DNA of 64,000 nt from Desulfatiglandales bacterium. GTDB lineage: Bacteria; Desulfobacterota; DSM-4660; Desulfatiglandales; Desulfatiglandaceae. Position 1 is the first letter of the stretch. Each line of letters begins with the position of its first letter. A model generated the notes under the pieces. That model was not told the DNA's origin. It searched no databases and was given only the letters and a program-made list of their open reading frames with translations. The stretch is taken from assembly GCA_963662465.1 (NCBI GenBank), contig OY759599.1, forward strand, positions 5,408,001 through 5,472,000, written 5' to 3'. Position numbers and translations under genes: made by a program. This document shows positions 59,665-64,000 of the stretch, in pieces.

Positions 59665-61083
59665 ATGATCGAGGGCGAGCCCCGGAGAAACGATCGACTG
59701 ATCATATTCACGATTTCCCTTGCTGCGTTCATGGGAGCGCTCGATGTGACCATCGTGAACATTTCATTGCCCACGCTCGCTCGGAACTTCCAGATGAGTA
59801 CGAGTGTTGTTTCCTGGGTCATACTGGTTTATCTCCTGGTCCTTTGCGCGTTTCTCCCCACCTTTGGACGGCTGGGGGACATGAAAGGATTCCGGAGGAT
59901 ATTTGTCGCCGGGTTCTGTACCTTCACGACAGGTTCCCTGGGCTGCGGGCTGTCACAGGGTTTCGCCCAATTGATCCTCTTCCGGGTCATCCAGGCGACC
60001 GGGGCGGCCATGCTTGCGGCCATCGGGCCTTCCATGGTTAGCGCTTACCTGCCGGAAAAGGTGAGGGGTCGGGCCCTGGGCTATGTCACCACGGCCGCTT
60101 CGCTGGGGATCGCCATCGGCCCCGTGGTGGGAGGGATGATCAACCAGTATTGGAGCTGGCGGGGAATATTCTTCATCAATATTCCCGTGGGCATCATCGG
60201 GGTGTTTTTCGCAATGATCTTCCTTCCCCGAATCGCACCTGCTTCTCTCGGCAAGAAGTTCGACCTGCCGGGGGCGGCGCTGATCTTCCTGACGCTGTTC
60301 GCCTTGCTGTATGCCCTGAACATGGGCCACGAACTCGGTTTTACTTCCGGGCGGATTCTGGGTTCTTTCGGCGCCGCGGTCGTATTTGGCGGTTTGTTTA
60401 TCCGGCAGGAAGCGCACAGTCGAGATCCACTGATAAACCTGACACTGTTTCGCAATGCCACTTTCACCATTGCCAACCTGGCAGGGGGCTTGATGACGGG
60501 GGCCTTTACGGGGGCGATTTTCATTTTCCCGTTTTACCTCGAACTGATCAGAGAAATATCGGTCTCCGGCTGCGGAATCATCATGATTGTCCCCTCCTTG
60601 CTGATGATGCTTTCCGGCCCGAGCGCCGGTCACTTGGCGGATCGCGGCAGCTCCAGGAACGTCACCATGATCTCGATCATCTTCATGGTGATCGCTTTTG
60701 CGATGTTTTTTCTGCTCGGAAAGGTAGACGTTTTCTGGTTTTTGATCCTGTCCCTTGCGCTCATGGGCGCCGGGATCGGCGCTTTTCTCCCTCCCGCCAG
60801 CCGAATGATTCTCGACAGCAGCCCCTCCAACATGGAAGGGATCTCATCGGGCATCATGGTGACCATAAGGAACTGCGGGTCGGTGCTGGGCGTGGTGATC
60901 CTGGAGACGGCCTTTTCAAGCGTTATGGGCGGAGACCACGGAAGATTAATTCTTCCCGGAGAGGATCGGGGTTTGCTGTTGAAGGGTTTCGAAGACGCTT
61001 TCCTGGCGGGCCTCCTCCTCTCTCTGGCAGCCCTTGCCGTTTTCGCTTTTGTGAGGCGGGAGCACCGGTCGAACACTGAATAA
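59665..61083 (+). CDS. DHA2-family (EmrB/QacA-like) MFS transporter
   Basis: LDVTIVNISLP, GRLGDMKGFRR, GPVVGG, WRGIFFINIP. Confidence 0.92.
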   Translation: MIEGEPRRNDRLIIFTISLAAFMGALDVTIVNISLPTLARNFQMSTSVVSWVILVYLLVLCAFLPTFGRLGDMKGFRRIFVAGFCTFTTGSLGCGLSQGFAQLILFRVIQATGAAMLAAIGPSMVSAYLPEKVRGRALGYVTTAASLGIAIGPVVGGMINQYWSWRGIFFINIPVGIIGVFFAMIFLPRIAPASLGKKFDLPGAALIFLTLFALLYALNMGHELGFTSGRILGSFGAAVVFGGLFIRQEAHSRDPLINLTLFRNATFTIANLAGGLMTGAFTGAIFIFPFYLELIREISVSGCGIIMIVPSLLMMLSGPSAGHLADRGSSRNVTMISIIFMVIAFAMFFLLGKVDVFWFLILSLALMGAGIGAFLPPASRMILDSSPSNMEGISSGIMVTIRNCGSVLGVVILETAFSSVMGGDHGRLILPGEDRGLLLKGFEDAFLAGLLLSLAALAVFAFVRREHRSNTE

Positions 61084-61227
61084 TTCGATACAGAAGGGAG
61101 AATGACATCCGAGGGTTTGAGGGGTTTTCAGGAACAAAAAATGGAGAGATTGATCTGAACCAAGAGGTGGATATCAGCTGATTCACGAAAAAAGCACTTT
61201 TTTGAAAAATTCTTGATATCAAGTCAT

Positions 61228-62286
61228 ATGGAATACGCTATAGATGTCACCCTTCGACAAATGAACATTGATGATGGTTCGGCCATCAACACCTTGGCCG
61301 CTCAGTGCCCTGATAAGGGACTTATTTCAGTGTATTCGGTTTATCGGGACAATGCCTTAGAGAGTCTTCAGGCATTACGCCCGAACACCGTGAGTGTGGC
61401 TGCGGAGGTGTCCGGCTGCGACGGCCTCATCGGTATGGCCCAGGTCAGTTTTGATCAGTGTCGGATCGAGGGGGAAATGCTACCCTATGCGCTTTTCAAC
61501 ACCCTAATGGTGCATCCCGATTTTTGTCGACTGGGTGTGGCCCGGAGACTTTCGGAATGGGGACTGAAACAGGCCCGGTTGCGCTTTGGAGACAAAGGGG
61601 TGATCATGGCGGATATTCAGACGGGCAATAAAGCCTCCCATGGCACGGTGAAGGGGTGGTGCAACCAGATGTTGCCGCCTGTTACGGTGGCCCCCGTGAG
61701 CCTCAGGAACCGCTCTCCCGTGGCCCTTTCCCACATACGGATCGGACCGCTGGAACCGGGGGCAGTGGCGGAATTCTCCGACGGCCTTAATATTTTTTAT
61801 GAGGGATACAATTTTTACAAGCCGGAAACGGCCGAAAGCCTTTCCAACTGGCTGGCCGAAAGACCCTTTGACCTCCCCACCCATCACTGCCTCGCGGCCC
61901 GTGACCCACGGGGAAATCTATTGGCCGGTCTGACCCTGGACGAAGCCCATCACCTGCGAACCTACCACGTTGTTCACATGCCCGCCTGGATCCGAATGGT
62001 CAATAAACTGCTTCACATGGTTCCCACAGACGGCATCCTTCGGCAGATACTGGTGGGTCGCATCTGGTTCCGACCGGGAGAATCGGGGGCCGCCTGCTAT
62101 CTGTGGGAGAATGTTCGTCGTCAGTGGCAGGGCCGAGGGACATCCCTCATGGCTTTTTTTGATCCCCGAAGCCCGGTGGCTTCCGTTATCAACCTGAAAC
62201 CCTGGTCTATCAAAACCATTATGATCACCGTGGTAAATACGCCCATCCCCATTGCAGAGGATCGGTTGATCTATCCCGTTCCTTGA
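61228..62286 (+). CDS. GNAT-family N-acetyltransferase-like protein
   Basis: LMVHPDFCRLGVARRL acetyl-CoA motif; GNKAS. Confidence 0.75.
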   Translation: MEYAIDVTLRQMNIDDGSAINTLAAQCPDKGLISVYSVYRDNALESLQALRPNTVSVAAEVSGCDGLIGMAQVSFDQCRIEGEMLPYALFNTLMVHPDFCRLGVARRLSEWGLKQARLRFGDKGVIMADIQTGNKASHGTVKGWCNQMLPPVTVAPVSLRNRSPVALSHIRIGPLEPGAVAEFSDGLNIFYEGYNFYKPETAESLSNWLAERPFDLPTHHCLAARDPRGNLLAGLTLDEAHHLRTYHVVHMPAWIRMVNKLLHMVPTDGILRQILVGRIWFRPGESGAACYLWENVRRQWQGRGTSLMAFFDPRSPVASVINLKPWSIKTIMITVVNTPIPIAEDRLIYPVP

Positions 62287-62373
62287 ATGAAACCGTTTGT
62301 GTAAACGACCAACCAGACAAGCATTAGGAAAAGTTACGGATATGGAAGATTCAATGAGGCGAATGAGGAAAAT

Positions 62374-63654
62374 ATGGCAAATCTAACGACTGATTTCTGC
62401 AAAATTGAAGTGAAGAATCCCCTTGGTGTGACCGCATGCGATTTCGGTGGGAGCGAAAGACTGCTGCGAAGATGTGCCGAACAGGGTATCGGCTGGATCA
62501 TTGGCAAAACCGTGCACCGGATTGATGGCCCCCACCGTTGGCCCAGGCCCTACTTCTATTCCTTGAAGCGTTTCGGGAAGGATCTTGCCGATGCCTGGAT
62601 CTGCAGCCAGATGTTCCACAACAAGCCCTATGAACAGTGGCTGCATGAGGAACTCCCCGGATGTCTGAAGACTTGTCAGGAGCATGATATGTTGTTTATC
62701 GGCTCATGTTCAGGCATCGGTGCCGACCCGGAAACCTGGATCCCTTTCTTAAAGGAGATGGAAGCGGCGGGCGTCAAAATGGTTGAACTGGATACCGGCG
62801 GTCCCCATGCAACCTTTGGAGCCGTGGACGCGCAAAAGGATGTGGGCGCGCCATTGGCCATGGATCCCCATACGGCGTACAAGGTCACCAAAGCCTGTGT
62901 GGATGCGGTCAATATTCCCATTATGTTCAAGATGACCCCCCAGTGCATCAACATGGCCGGTGTGGCCCTGGCCGTTGAAAGGGCCGGCGCGGCAGCAATC
63001 TCGGCCAATAATGCCTTTTATGGTTGCTGGATCGATCACGAAACAGGGTCCTTTTTCGGCGTGCCGTCTTCCATGGGTGGGCTTATGGGACGGCCCTGGC
63101 AGCTCTTTTCACTGGCCAAGGTGATGGAAATCACCACAACGGTGAAGATCCCGGTTTTAGGGGGCGGCGGTTCCTTTACCTATGATGATTGCGTGCGTTA
63201 TCTGATGGCTGGTTGTGGACTCGCCGGTCTGTGTTCTTCCGTCTATTCAAGGGGAGTGGGTGTGCTGAAGCAGTGCCTCGATGGTCTGAATGATTTCATG
63301 GACCGGAAAGGGTATCAAACCATTAAGGATTTCAAGGGCTGTGTAACCAATGAATTCAAGTATCTTCGGGAGTGGAAGCGAGAAGATCCCATGACAGACT
63401 TGACGCCGATCATCCCTCAGTTCAACGAAGATAAATGCAACCAATGTGGCGTTTGTGAAAAGATCTGTCCGTATGGGGCATTGAGCTTCGATAAAAATAA
63501 GGATAGGGTTCCCGTACTCAACCGCAAACATTGTAACGGTTGCGGCTGGTGTGTCGGCCACTGCAGGCCCAACGCCATAAAATGCATCCATGCCGAGACA
63601 GGAGCGGTTGTCTGGGATGGCTTTGGTACGATTTCTGACTGGGTTACGGACTGA
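62374..63654 (+). CDS. PreA/dihydroorotate dehydrogenase-family FMN protein with C-terminal 2[4Fe-4S]
   Basis: KNPLG, KT, KMTP, GG..GRP, GGGG; CNQCGVCEKICP and CNGCGWCVGHC. Confidence 0.82.
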   Translation: MANLTTDFCKIEVKNPLGVTACDFGGSERLLRRCAEQGIGWIIGKTVHRIDGPHRWPRPYFYSLKRFGKDLADAWICSQMFHNKPYEQWLHEELPGCLKTCQEHDMLFIGSCSGIGADPETWIPFLKEMEAAGVKMVELDTGGPHATFGAVDAQKDVGAPLAMDPHTAYKVTKACVDAVNIPIMFKMTPQCINMAGVALAVERAGAAAISANNAFYGCWIDHETGSFFGVPSSMGGLMGRPWQLFSLAKVMEITTTVKIPVLGGGGSFTYDDCVRYLMAGCGLAGLCSSVYSRGVGVLKQCLDGLNDFMDRKGYQTIKDFKGCVTNEFKYLREWKREDPMTDLTPIIPQFNEDKCNQCGVCEKICPYGALSFDKNKDRVPVLNRKHCNGCGWCVGHCRPNAIKCIHAETGAVVWDGFGTISDWVTD

Positions 63655-64000
63655 TTTGCGATGATTCAATATGGCGTCAGACCGATATGCTTAATGTCAA
63701 AAGTGCCCTATCACAAACTTCTCTCGATCTCTTTCATTAGGACAATGTGCAGTCTTTAAATGCCTCAAATATTTTCCACCCAACATTCATCCCTGTCAGC
63801 GTTTTCAGATTCTGGCGGAAGCACAGCGGAGGATTTTGGCTTAACCATGGGACGCCATCCACCTGATGTAACTTGACAATATCAAAAGGAGTTTGGTGGT
63901 TCAAAACCTGGCAATATACTTTTGCTATCCATATATGTGGTCATGCCTTTCAAGTAAAATCAAAATTTCTTGCTGGCACAACATATGGTGGTCGGCCGAT

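Overview
Anaerobic Desulfobacterota-like chromosomal region (inferred from gene content). 1-5.5 kb: 3' part of a giant Ig-like (Big_1) repeat surface protein with 582-bp tandem repeats and a C-terminal Asp-box propeller. 5.6-8.4 kb: a decayed, duplicated Rpn-like PD-(D/E)XK nuclease locus hit by non-autonomous elements. Next come M48 peptidase/SH3, IclR/acyl-CoA ligase/PanE, a GAF kinase, divergent USP genes with sigma-54 motifs, a large PHP-like membrane protein, two tRNA-Ser, a parvulin PPIase and tRNA-Glu. A decayed island follows tRNA-Glu (AAA pseudogene, transposon stump, tail-fibre-like protein, Sec-type RHS pair, Xre-RES TA). Then a Wsp-like cluster (three receptors, two solute-binding proteins) and a PilZ gene. 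A 2-oxoacid:ferredoxin oxidoreductase operon runs into HdrL-like, MvhD-HdrD and a selenocysteine-recoded HdrA-MvhD. The window ends with ampG, an S74 tail-fibre-like protein, a RAYT transposase and catabolic/transport genes. Main highlights: a 153-155 bp MITE family with TSDs carrying a covarying GTAG-REP doublet, plus a 692-bp element with the same ends but other cargo; UGA/SECIS recoding in hdrA within an OFOR-Hdr cluster; nested domain insertions in the giant surface protein.
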